Shown here in pieces: positions 45,274-54,299 of a stretch of 64,000 nucleotides of DNA (position 1 is the stretch's first letter; each line of letters begins with the position of its first letter). Source of the DNA: Rickettsia typhi (GTDB lineage Bacteria; Pseudomonadota; Alphaproteobacteria; Rickettsiales; UBA1997); the NCBI GenBank assembly GCA_945872855.1, contig CAMCAW010000001.1, positions 4,108-68,107 of the forward strand. Direction: 5' to 3'. Position numbers and translations under genes: made by a program. Below the pieces are notes generated by a model that was not told the DNA's origin, did no database searches, and saw only the letters and a program-made list of their open reading frames with translations.

Positions 45274-46518
45274 ATGATAATTTATCGAATTTTATCAATT
45301 TTACTTCTGCCAATTTTAGTAATTTATATTTGTTGGCGTGCCTTGAAAGGCAAGGAAGACAAGACTCGCCTGTTGGAAAGATTCGGATTTTCTTCGCATA
45401 AAAAGCCAAATAGCGAAGTTATCTGGATTCATGCTGTGAGTGTTGGCGAAACAAATTCATCGCTAATTTTGGTTGACGAATTGCTGAAATCTTTGCCGCA
45501 AATCACAATTCTTTTTACCACTACAACCCTTACTTCGGCAGCGATTTTGGCCAGTAAAATCAAAGTTTATAAAGGCAGAGTGATTCACCAATTTTTGCCA
45601 GTCGATTCTTATTTTGTTGTTAGAAAATTTTTAAAATTTTGGCAGCCAAAAAAAGCAATTTTTGTTGAATCTGAGATTTGGCCAAATTTTATTTATGAGG
45701 CTCGCAAGCTAGAAATAGCAAGGGTTTTGGTTAATGCAAGAATCTCAAAAAAATCTTTTTCGCGCTGGATTTTGGCAAAAAAAATTGGCCTAAATATTTT
45801 TGATTTCTTCTCAATAATTTTTGCGCAAAGCGATGAAGATAAAGATCGTTTGCAAAAATTAACCAGTCAAGAAGTGCTCTATTGCGGCAATTTAAAGGCG
45901 CATACAGCTAGTTTGCAATTTGATGCGCAAGAATTAAATAATTTAAAGGCACAAATTAATGGTAGAAAATTTTGGCTTGCGGCCAGTACCCACGCGGGTG
46001 AAGAAAAAATTGTGATTGCGGTTCACCGTAAATTAAAGCAAAAGTTTGGTGATATTTTAACGATCATCGTCCCTCGGCACCCGCAGCGCGCCCAAGAAAT
46101 AAAAGGCTTGGCAAGTGATCTAGTTTTTGCGCAGCGCAGTTTAAAAGAAAATGTTTTGGGTCATGCCGAAATTTATTTAGCGGATACCTTGGGTGAATTA
46201 GGATTATTTTATGCGCTCAGCGATTTTGTTTTTTTGGGAGGATCTTTGGTTGAGGTGGGCGGCCATACGCCATTTGAGCCGGCGCAATTAAAATGTGCAA
46301 TTATTACTGGTCAATATGTTGCAAATAATCAAAAAGCTTTCGATGAATTAATTGCAAAACAAGCTTGCGTGAGTGTTAAAAATTCTGATGAATTATGTGA
46401 GATAGTAACGGAGTTTTTGCAAAATAACGAACTGGCTTCAATGCTTGCAGATAGTGCGTTCAAGGCCGTTTCTAATAATGGCGATGTGGTAAAAAATATC
46501 GTAAGAAGAATAATTTAG
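45274..46518 (+). CDS. waaA: 3-deoxy-D-manno-octulosonic acid (Kdo) transferase
   Basis: N-terminal anchor, VIWIHAVSVGE, IVPRHPQR, GGSLVEVGGHTPFEPA. Confidence 0.9.
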   Translation: MIIYRILSILLLPILVIYICWRALKGKEDKTRLLERFGFSSHKKPNSEVIWIHAVSVGETNSSLILVDELLKSLPQITILFTTTTLTSAAILASKIKVYKGRVIHQFLPVDSYFVVRKFLKFWQPKKAIFVESEIWPNFIYEARKLEIARVLVNARISKKSFSRWILAKKIGLNIFDFFSIIFAQSDEDKDRLQKLTSQEVLYCGNLKAHTASLQFDAQELNNLKAQINGRKFWLAASTHAGEEKIVIAVHRKLKQKFGDILTIIVPRHPQRAQEIKGLASDLVFAQRSLKENVLGHAEIYLADTLGELGLFYALSDFVFLGGSLVEVGGHTPFEPAQLKCAIITGQYVANNQKAFDELIAKQACVSVKNSDELCEIVTEFLQNNELASMLADSAFKAVSNNGDVVKNIVRRII

Positions 46519-46555
46519 TTGCAGAAAATAAGCCGCGAAACATTGATGGGTGGGA

Positions 46556-48187
46556 CTAGTTTTTGCAAACGCTCAGCCCTTTGTCATCAAGCTCAACTCC
46601 AGCGCAATCTAAAAGCGAATAAAACAAGTTATCATGCGATAATTTTTCCTCAGTTTTTTGCGCTGCATTGCTAAATTTTTTGCGATAAAAGTTTTGCGCC
46701 ATCAATTTATCCGACATCCATAAAAACATTGGAACCTTGTGGTAAGGCCCGCCAACGCTATCTTCGGGGCCATGATAATAAATCCCATCTTCACCCAAAA
46801 ACTGCCCATGATCTGAAATATAAATCAGCAAAGCATTTTGTTTTTTTAGCTCATTTACAACGGATTCGATAAAAAAATCAGTGTAAGCAACGCTGTTATC
46901 GTAAGAGTTTATAATTTGTTGCTGCGTGCATTTGGTTAAATCTTTATTGCCGCAAATTGGTGTAAAAATTTTGAAATTATCGGGATAGCGATCGTCAAAT
47001 AAAAAGTGACTTCCTTGCATGTGTAAAATTGTAAAACTATCGCCAGCCCTTGCTAGATCTCGCTTGAGATCATCTAGCAAATATTCATCATAAACCATGT
47101 GATCGCCAATTCTTTTGGCAATTGTGTCATTAAAATGATATTGTTGCGCTTCAGAAGCTAGCAATATCAAGCCATTGTCATCGCCAAAAGCTTTTTGCGC
47201 CGAGAAAAATGAGGTAGAAAATTTTAACTTTTCGAAAATTTTAATGATGGACTCTTCGTCGGTTGGCAGCTTGAAGTCTTGCGCGGCCTTGTGGGACAAC
47301 ATGCAATCAACAGAATAAATGGTAAGATTTCTGCAAGGAGTTACGTTTTTAAAACTAAGAAAATCGTGGATTTTTTTTATGCGTGGCGTCGTGTCGCGCT
47401 CATAGCTGTTAATGGAGAAATTCTTAGAGCGCGCTGATTCGCCAATTATCAACACCACTTTTAAATTTTGAGGTTTATGTTTAGAAATCGCAGTTTTTAC
47501 AACATCATTTATAGGCAATAATTTTGGTTTGTTTTTGAGTGAAGTATAAATTTCGTTATAGTAGCCGAGATAGGTTTCTATTGGCCCCGTCGGTGGATAA
47601 GAAAAAATTATTCCACTTCTATTTTGATGTTTGAAGAATGATAAAACTACCGCAAAAATAAAAAATATCGCGGCAATAAAAAATAATATTTTACGATTTT
47701 TATTTTTCGTAATTTTGATTTTGCCGAGTAAAATCAAGGGTAGTGCGATGAATAACGCGAAATAAATTATTCCACTTTTGATAGTTACGACATCATTAAA
47801 ATTTCCAATATTATCGAGAGTATTAGCAATAACAACTCGATCGATCAAAATATGAAACTCATTGAGCGCGTAAGATGCGATGAGTGATAAAAGCAGAAGT
47901 GGAATCGTGAATAATGCCAGCAAAAATTTGTTAAAACTGCAGCAATAAAGGAAGACGAAAACCAGAAAATAATTGAGCGATATTTCTAAAAACCATAGAG
48001 CAATTTTTCTGCCATCAAAGCCCGAAGCGAGCGCCACAGAAAGCTTTTGTGCCAATAGTGGAAAGTTGCAAAAGATAGTAATTATCGCGGCAAAAATTAA
48101 GCAGGTAAAAGTTTGCGAGAGTTTGATTTTGCTGGAGAAAATTGATTTTAACATTCGAGATATTTTTGAATTATTGGGGCGGGCCAT
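46556..48187 (-). CDS. phosphoethanolamine transferase (EptA-like, sulfatase superfamily)
   Basis: Five N-terminal TM helices. Periplasmic domain with VVLIIGESARSKNFSINSYERDTTP and ISDHGQFLGE. Confidence 0.85.
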   Translation of the reverse strand: MARPNNSKISRMLKSIFSSKIKLSQTFTCLIFAAIITIFCNFPLLAQKLSVALASGFDGRKIALWFLEISLNYFLVFVFLYCCSFNKFLLALFTIPLLLLSLIASYALNEFHILIDRVVIANTLDNIGNFNDVVTIKSGIIYFALFIALPLILLGKIKITKNKNRKILFFIAAIFFIFAVVLSFFKHQNRSGIIFSYPPTGPIETYLGYYNEIYTSLKNKPKLLPINDVVKTAISKHKPQNLKVVLIIGESARSKNFSINSYERDTTPRIKKIHDFLSFKNVTPCRNLTIYSVDCMLSHKAAQDFKLPTDEESIIKIFEKLKFSTSFFSAQKAFGDDNGLILLASEAQQYHFNDTIAKRIGDHMVYDEYLLDDLKRDLARAGDSFTILHMQGSHFLFDDRYPDNFKIFTPICGNKDLTKCTQQQIINSYDNSVAYTDFFIESVVNELKKQNALLIYISDHGQFLGEDGIYYHGPEDSVGGPYHKVPMFLWMSDKLMAQNFYRKKFSNAAQKTEEKLSHDNLFYSLLDCAGVELDDKGLSVCKN

Positions 48188-48268
48188 ATTAACAGGCTTG
48201 CTCGAATAACGTGCGAATCAAAGACCGAAGTATTTCTTTTTGATAGTTCGCAGAACTTCAATTATAAA

Positions 48269-48682
48269 TGTAAGGCAAGCTATAAGCCGGATTTTGTACT
48301 GTTTGCACAGCAATGATCATTCGTCTAGGACCAGCGTCGCCACTGGCCTCAAGCAACCTACCCGGATGACAACTCAAAGACAAGTCTGCATATTGCTATG
48401 CGCGCCATCCCTATTTGGTCTTGCTCCTAGCGGGGTTTTTCGAGATGCATGTTACCATGCAAAGCGGTGAGCTCTTACCTCGCCTTTTCACCCTTACCGC
48501 CGGCGTTTAAAGGCAGGCGGCGGTATATTCTCTGTGACACTTTCCCTCCACAAGCCCTATATATTCAAGCTTGCAGGCCAGCTCTTAACTGGTGCTATTT
48601 CCTTGCGGAGTCCGGACTTTCCTCTTATTTTCATCGCCATTTTGCAATAGCGAAAAACAAGCGACCATCCACTTGCCTTACA
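48269..48682 (-). ncRNA. rnpB: RNase P RNA (bacterial type A)
   Basis: The minus strand reads ...AAGAGGAAAGTCCGGACTCCGCAAGG... (CR-I), AGGGTGAAAAGGCGAGGTAAGAGCTCACC, and ACAAAATCCGGCTTATAGCTTGCCTTACA at the 3' end. The P1 helix is GTAAGGCAAGT (5') pairing with AGCTTGCCTTAC (3'). The region is locally GC-rich and has no credible CDS. Confidence 0.9.
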
Positions 48683-48832
48683 AGATTGGGATTGTAGAAT
48701 CGCGCCTTTCTTAATTCAATAAGAGTTTGGCGCTGGGCTAGAAAATAGTTTGCAGAAGCGGCCTAAGAAAATGGTTTAGAGAAATAGTTCAGAAAATATT
48801 CTGGAAAAATGATCTAGAAAAATCACAAAATC

Positions 48833-49999
48833 ATGAAAACGGTTTTATCAGGAATTCAGCCTTCTGGCAATTTGCATTTGGGCAATTATTTGGGATCTAT
48901 CCGCAACTGGATTGGCTTGCAAGATTCGCATCGCTGTTTGTTTGGGGTGATGAATTTGCACGCGATCACGGTGGCTCAAGATCCGCTTGTGTTGCGGCAA
49001 AATATTTTTGATGCGGCGGCGGTTTATTTGGCTTGCGGGTTAGATCCGAAGAAGGCGAGTATTTTTGTGCAGGGGGAAGTGCGTGAGCATGTAGAGTTGG
49101 CGTGGGTTCTTGGGTGTTTAACGCCGATGGGGTGGTTGGATAGAATGACGCAGTTTAAGGATAAAACCAGTATTTCAAATACGTTGGAAAATGCAATTAC
49201 AAAGTCACCTAAAAGTGTTTATAATTTATTTGAATCTTGCTATAAAGAATTAAAACAAGAAGAAGGTTTTAAGCAATTAAAATTGAGCGATGATTACATA
49301 GCTAAGTTGGATAAAGGTGGATTTTTTGAGATTTTAGTAAAAATTTTAGAAGATTCTCGACGTGATCAAGCGCATCTTGGCCTCTACTCCTACCCCGTTC
49401 TAATGGCCGCCGATATTCTACTTTACCACGCAGATCTCGTGCCTGTCGGTGAAGACCAAAAACAGCATCTCGAGCTTACGCGCGACTTAGCTGGTGCTTT
49501 CAACCGCCGCTACAAAACAGAATATTTCAAACTGCCCGAGCCCATGATTCTCAAGGACACAAAGCGCATCATGTCCCTTCAAGACGGCACCAAAAAAATG
49601 TCGAAATCCGATGAATCCGATCTCTCGCGCATCAACCTTGAAGACGCGCCAGAGTTGATTGTAAAGAAGGTGAAAAAGGCCAAAACCGATTCTCTCACCG
49701 AAATTTCTTACGACGAAAATCGCCCCGAAATTTACAACTTACTCAACATCTTCGCCAGCATGTCAGGCAGGCTTCCGCAGGCTATCGCCGAAGAATATAA
49801 AACCGCAGGAAACGGCAAATTTAAAGGCGATCTCGCAGAAATTATAGTTGAAAATTTGCGTCCAATCCAAGATAATCTGGTGCGCTTCAAGCAAGATAGC
49901 GGCTTTATCGCTAATGTTTTGCGGCAAGGCCAAGAAGATGCGACAAAAATTGCCAGCAAAACTCGCCAAGAAGTTTTTAAATTGGTTGGGTTAATTTAG
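48833..49999 (+). CDS. trpS: tryptophan--tRNA ligase (with a ~60-aa internal insertion)
   Basis: PSGNLHLGNY (HIGH-type), YPVLMAADILLY, VPVGEDQKQHLELTRD, KMSKS. 388 aa versus the ~330 typical. Confidence 0.93.
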   Translation: MKTVLSGIQPSGNLHLGNYLGSIRNWIGLQDSHRCLFGVMNLHAITVAQDPLVLRQNIFDAAAVYLACGLDPKKASIFVQGEVREHVELAWVLGCLTPMGWLDRMTQFKDKTSISNTLENAITKSPKSVYNLFESCYKELKQEEGFKQLKLSDDYIAKLDKGGFFEILVKILEDSRRDQAHLGLYSYPVLMAADILLYHADLVPVGEDQKQHLELTRDLAGAFNRRYKTEYFKLPEPMILKDTKRIMSLQDGTKKMSKSDESDLSRINLEDAPELIVKKVKKAKTDSLTEISYDENRPEIYNLLNIFASMSGRLPQAIAEEYKTAGNGKFKGDLAEIIVENLRPIQDNLVRFKQDSGFIANVLRQGQEDATKIASKTRQEVFKLVGLI

Positions 50000-50106
50000 T
50001 TGCTTAACAGCTTGCTGGCGTTGAGTTTGTAGCATAAATAATATAGCCTTACTAGCGCGATTCACAGTATAAAAGTTAATAAGTTTGCAAAGTTCTTAAT
50101 CCAAAA

Positions 50107-51093
50107 ATGCCATTTTCCAATAAAACACAAAACCTCTCCGATGCCGATTTAGTCAAGGAAATCGCGCGTTTGAAGCAAGAGCAAAATGCCGTAATTTTGG
50201 CGCATTTTTATCAAGATGAAGCAATTCAAGATATTGCAGATTTCGTTGGCGATTCACTAGACCTATCGCGCAAGGCTGCCGCTACTGATGCCGATGTGAT
50301 TGTATTTTGCGGCGTAAAATTTATGGCTGAAGTTGCAAAAATTTTATCGCCAAGCAAGAAGGTTTTGATTCCCGATTTTAAGGCGGGCTGCAGTTTGGAA
50401 GAATCTTGTCCGCCAGCGCAGTTCGCGGCTTTCAAGCAGCAGCATCTCGATGCGATTGTTGTCACTTACATCAATTGTTCTGCTGAAATTAAGGCGCTTT
50501 CTGATATAATTGTTACTTCAACTAACGCCAAAAAAATCATCGATCAAATTCCATTATCGCAAAAAATTATTTTTGCGCCAGATCAACATCTCGGTCGCTA
50601 CCTCAATAAAATCACGGGTCGCAACATGATTTTGTGGCATGGCAGTTGTATTGTTCACGAGCAATTCAGCGAGAAAGAATTGGTGAAGTTGATGGCGAAT
50701 CATCCGCAAGCCTTGGTAATAGCGCATCCTGAATGCCCTGAGAATTTGTTGGCGCATGCGCATCACATTGGCTCTACTTCATCGCTAATTAACTTTGCGC
50801 AAGATCGTCAAGGCGGCGAGTTTATTGTGTTGACCGAGCCGCATATTATTCACCAAATGCGGCAAAAAAATCCTAGCGCAAAATTTTACGATTGTCCCTT
50901 TGTAGACAAAGCTGGCTGTAGCCTTTGCAACACTTGCCCTTATATGGGATTGAATAGTTTGGAGAAGATTTATTTGGTGATGAAAAATAGCGCAGAAGGT
51001 GCGTTGAATAAGGTTGGCGGCGAGTTAGCGCTAGATGAAGCCTTGCGTTTGAAGGCTGAGAGACCATTGCGCAAGATGCTTGAGATGTCGTAG
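50107..51093 (+). CDS. nadA: quinolinate synthase
   Basis: [26 protein letters not shown]. Cys ligands in SCIVHE / CPYM contexts. 328 aa. Confidence 0.93.
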   Translation: MPFSNKTQNLSDADLVKEIARLKQEQNAVILAHFYQDEAIQDIADFVGDSLDLSRKAAATDADVIVFCGVKFMAEVAKILSPSKKVLIPDFKAGCSLEESCPPAQFAAFKQQHLDAIVVTYINCSAEIKALSDIIVTSTNAKKIIDQIPLSQKIIFAPDQHLGRYLNKITGRNMILWHGSCIVHEQFSEKELVKLMANHPQALVIAHPECPENLLAHAHHIGSTSSLINFAQDRQGGEFIVLTEPHIIHQMRQKNPSAKFYDCPFVDKAGCSLCNTCPYMGLNSLEKIYLVMKNSAEGALNKVGGELALDEALRLKAERPLRKMLEMS

Positions 51094-51099
51094 GTTTTT

Positions 51100-51233
51100 A
51101 AAATTCGAAATTGAAATTATTAAATAAAGTCTGCCTTATCTTACTTAGTTCAAGCCCTAGACGGCACGCCGAAGCGGGTTTGAACTAAGTAAGATAAGGC
51201 AGACTTTACTTAATAATTTCAATCTAGAATTTT
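51100..51233. repeat. 134-bp long hairpin (58-bp arms, 4 non-Watson-Crick positions) with loop TAGACGGCACGCCGAAGC; family member 2
   Basis: 51100-51157 pairs with 51176-51233. The exceptions are 51107/51226, 51109/51224, 51124/51209 and a G-T at 51154/51179. The loop (51158-51175) is identical to the loop at 25207-25224. The element fills the spacer between convergent nadA and the GNAT gene. Confidence 0.92.
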
Positions 51234-51794
51234 CTAAGTTAAGAATTCTTCGCGCAAAATACTAAACATATAAACATCAACCAACTTGCCACGATGGTAG
51301 CGGTGTTGGCGCAAGCAGCCTTCATATTTAAATCCGCATTTTTCTAGCAGGCGCACCGAAGCTTCGTTGTAAGTTGAGGTTACGGCTTCAATACGGTTTA
51401 TCGCCATCACTTTAAATCCGTAGCGCAATAATTCGAGCACAGCTTTTGTCATAATGCCGCGACGCCAATATTCTTGCGCCATATCATAGCTAAGTTCAAT
51501 GCGATTGTGATAGGTATTGTGCGAGCTAAAGCCGATTGAGCCAATCATACTATCGTCTTTTTTGTCAGCGATGGCGAAGTAAATTCCGTCATTATTATAG
51601 AAAACATTGCGCCAATAATAAAGCTCGCGACGCGCGTCTTCTAAGCTTTGCGGCACTTCGGTAAGGATATATTTATTAACTTCGGGGTCGGTGTAATATT
51701 TAAAAAAATCAGGCACGTCTTTATCTTGTTGTTCGCGCAAAACAAACTCGCCAAGATCGATTATTGGAAAAATTTTATTTGTAGATGGATACAT
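51234..51794 (-). CDS. GNAT-family N-acetyltransferase (RimJ/RimL-like)
   Basis: 186 aa; acetyl-CoA-binding region YWRRGIMTKAV. Typical RimJ-like length. Confidence 0.8.
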   Translation of the reverse strand: MYPSTNKIFPIIDLGEFVLREQQDKDVPDFFKYYTDPEVNKYILTEVPQSLEDARRELYYWRNVFYNNDGIYFAIADKKDDSMIGSIGFSSHNTYHNRIELSYDMAQEYWRRGIMTKAVLELLRYGFKVMAINRIEAVTSTYNEASVRLLEKCGFKYEGCLRQHRYHRGKLVDVYMFSILREEFLT

Positions 51795-51858
51795 TTTTTT
51801 GCGAATATTTCAGTTGAAGAAGTGAAAATTTTACAGAGATAATTTTTGTAATTAAGAA

Positions 51859-52788
51859 TTATCCTGCCAATAAATTTTTTGTAAAATTTGCAGCATTAAA
51901 TTCTTGTAAATCTTCAATTTTTTCGCCAATGCCAATAGCATAAAGCGGAATTTTATATTGATCAGCAAGAGCCACAACGATACCGCCTTTAGCAGAGCCG
52001 TCAAGCTTAGTGATTACTAGGCCGGTGATGCCTACAATTTGATGGAAAATCTCGAGTTGATTCTTGGCATTTTGCCCAATTGTGCCATCAAGAATTAACA
52101 GATTTTCATGCGGCGCAGAGGCGTCGATTTTTTTTATAACGGTGTTAATTTTTTTCAATTCATCCATTAAATTTTGTTTATTTTGCAAGCGGCCCGCAGT
52201 GTCGATTAATAGAATATCGAAGCTATTTTTTTGCGCATAATCAAAGGCGCGGAAGGCAACGGCGGCAGGGTCTTCACCATCTTTCAAGGCAGAAATTATT
52301 TCGCAATTACTACGCTTCGCCCAAATTTCTAACTGCTCAGAAGCTGCGGCCCTGAAGGTGTCGCAAGCGGCGATGAGAATTTTTTTATTTTGCCCAGATA
52401 AATTAAAAGCAATTTTTCCGATAGTAGTAGTTTTGCCAACTCCATTAATTCCGTTAAAAATTATCACGCGCGGCTTAATCGAATTATTCAATGCCAGAGC
52501 CTTCTCGCAAGGTTTTAAAATTTCAATTATCTCTTCTGCAAGAAAATTTTTTATCTCATTTTCACTAATATTTTTCTCGAATTTTTTATTACGTAACTTC
52601 TGTACAATTTTTGCGCTAACCTCAACGCCAATATCGCTATTGATTAAAATTTCCTCCAAATCATCAAGAATTTCTGCGGCAATTTTTTTATGCGTAAAAA
52701 TTTGCGTAATAGCCTGCGTAAGTTTGCCAGACGTGCCTTTGAGTTGATCGGTGATTTTTGACTTTGAGAAGAAGCTGAAGAAAGACAT
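51859..52788 (-). CDS. ftsY: signal recognition particle receptor FtsY
   Basis: GINGVGKTTTIGK (G1), LIDTAGRL (G3), VITKLDGSAKGG (G4). Confidence 0.93.
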   Translation of the reverse strand: MSFFSFFSKSKITDQLKGTSGKLTQAITQIFTHKKIAAEILDDLEEILINSDIGVEVSAKIVQKLRNKKFEKNISENEIKNFLAEEIIEILKPCEKALALNNSIKPRVIIFNGINGVGKTTTIGKIAFNLSGQNKKILIAACDTFRAAASEQLEIWAKRSNCEIISALKDGEDPAAVAFRAFDYAQKNSFDILLIDTAGRLQNKQNLMDELKKINTVIKKIDASAPHENLLILDGTIGQNAKNQLEIFHQIVGITGLVITKLDGSAKGGIVVALADQYKIPLYAIGIGEKIEDLQEFNAANFTKNLLAG

Positions 52789-54296
52789 TAACGAATATTT
52801 ATTTTTTCACAGGCGCGAATCAATGCCTGAGCCTTATTAATACATTCCTGATATTCTGATTTTGGATCAGAATCGAAAACCACGCCAGCCCCAGCTTGCA
52901 GATAAATTTTTCCATCTTTAATTAGCGCTGACCTTAGAGTGATGCAGGTTTCCATGTCGCCATTGCTTGCAAAATATCCCACGCAACCAGCATAAAAACT
53001 GCGTTTTACTTTTTCGATTTCTTCAATAATTTCCATGGCGCGAATTTTTGGCGCACCGCTCACCGTGCCAGCAGGGAAGCCGCTAATCAAGGCATCGAGC
53101 GCGTCTAAATCTTCGCGTAATTCGCCCTCAACATTCGATGAAATATGCATTACATGCGAATAATATTCGATCACCATTTTTTCTGTAACCTTCACCGTGC
53201 CAGCTTTGGCAACGCGCCCCACATCGTGGCGGCCAAGATCGATTAACATTAAATGTTCGGCAATTTCTTTTTCATCGCGCAATAATTCTGTGGCAATTTT
53301 GTGATCTTTTTCAAGATCGCCATCGCGTTTTCTAGTGCCCGCAAGTGGCCTGATTGTAACTTTGTGATTCTTGCTCGAAACCATAATTTCAGGGCTTGAG
53401 CCAGTTAAAACGAAGTCATTGAATTTTAAGAAAAACAAAAAAGGCGAGGGGTTAACCGAGCGCAGCGAGCGATAAAATGAAAATTCAGAAATGGCTGGGA
53501 AGGCGCTGGTGAAGCGTTGCGAAGGCAATACTTGAAAAATATCTCCGCCCTTAATGTAGGTTTTTGCTTTTTCTACCGCATCGCAAAATTCTTTTTCTTG
53601 ATAATTTGAGGAGAAATTAAACTTTAGCGAATGGGCTTCAGGCGAGGCTTCATAAGGCTCGCGCAAAATATTTTCAATCGTAGAAATTTTTGCAACTAAC
53701 TCTTCATAAGATTTATTTTGCCCATTAAAAACTGGCGCACAAATCAAAGCGCAGTCAAAAAAATTATCGAAAATAATTAAGATTTGTGGACGAATAAAGA
53801 CGCTATCAGGAATTTTAAAATCATCGCGCAAACCCTTATCTGGCAAGCTTTCCATCAATCTTCCCATGTCGTAACCAAGATAGCCAAAAATTCCTGCGGC
53901 AATTCCCTGTAACGCAATTTTATCGTAATTTAGTGTGTTAAAATTTTCGATTTGCGATTTGTTAATTAATGTGCGCAACTCCGAAAGAGGCTCTCCCGCT
54001 TGCTTCGTGAAAGATTCACGATTGCGAGAAAAATCTTCATTAATAAAAGATTCTGCGCCAACGCACTTCCACACTAAATCGGGATCAAGCCCAATCACTG
54101 AAAATCTACCTTTATTATTGCCGCCATTTTTATTATTTTCGGCAGATTCAAACAAAAAATGGTAATCGGTAAAATGCTTGAAAAGCTTGAGACTAGCGAG
54201 CACGGGCGTGATTATATCCGTTGGAATTTTCTTAAAAAGAACGGTTCCTAACGGAGCAATTTCGGCAAATTTTGTTTTATCAAGATTGTAAGTCAT
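52788..54296 (-). CDS. trpE: anthranilate synthase component I family (TrpE; PabB not excluded)
   Basis: LFESAE...RFSVIGLDP N-terminal motif. GTRKRD; FPAGTVSGAPKIRAMEIIEE; YAGCVGYF. Confidence 0.78.
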   Translation of the reverse strand: MTYNLDKTKFAEIAPLGTVLFKKIPTDIITPVLASLKLFKHFTDYHFLFESAENNKNGGNNKGRFSVIGLDPDLVWKCVGAESFINEDFSRNRESFTKQAGEPLSELRTLINKSQIENFNTLNYDKIALQGIAAGIFGYLGYDMGRLMESLPDKGLRDDFKIPDSVFIRPQILIIFDNFFDCALICAPVFNGQNKSYEELVAKISTIENILREPYEASPEAHSLKFNFSSNYQEKEFCDAVEKAKTYIKGGDIFQVLPSQRFTSAFPAISEFSFYRSLRSVNPSPFLFFLKFNDFVLTGSSPEIMVSSKNHKVTIRPLAGTRKRDGDLEKDHKIATELLRDEKEIAEHLMLIDLGRHDVGRVAKAGTVKVTEKMVIEYYSHVMHISSNVEGELREDLDALDALISGFPAGTVSGAPKIRAMEIIEEIEKVKRSFYAGCVGYFASNGDMETCITLRSALIKDGKIYLQAGAGVVFDSDPKSEYQECINKAQALIRACEKINIR

Positions 54297-54299
54297 CGA

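Noticed and set aside
48240-48697. Two plus-strand ORFs (76 and 82 aa) in the GC-rich gap between the eptA-like gene and trpS
   Set aside because: They lie antisense to a clear RNase P RNA, with CR-I GAGGAAAGTCCGG and other conserved blocks on the minus strand. Their products are low-complexity (Arg/Ser/Cys-rich) and have no start context.
52358-52747. 129-aa plus-strand ORF
   Set aside because: It lies entirely antisense to ftsY, whose GTPase motifs are unambiguous.
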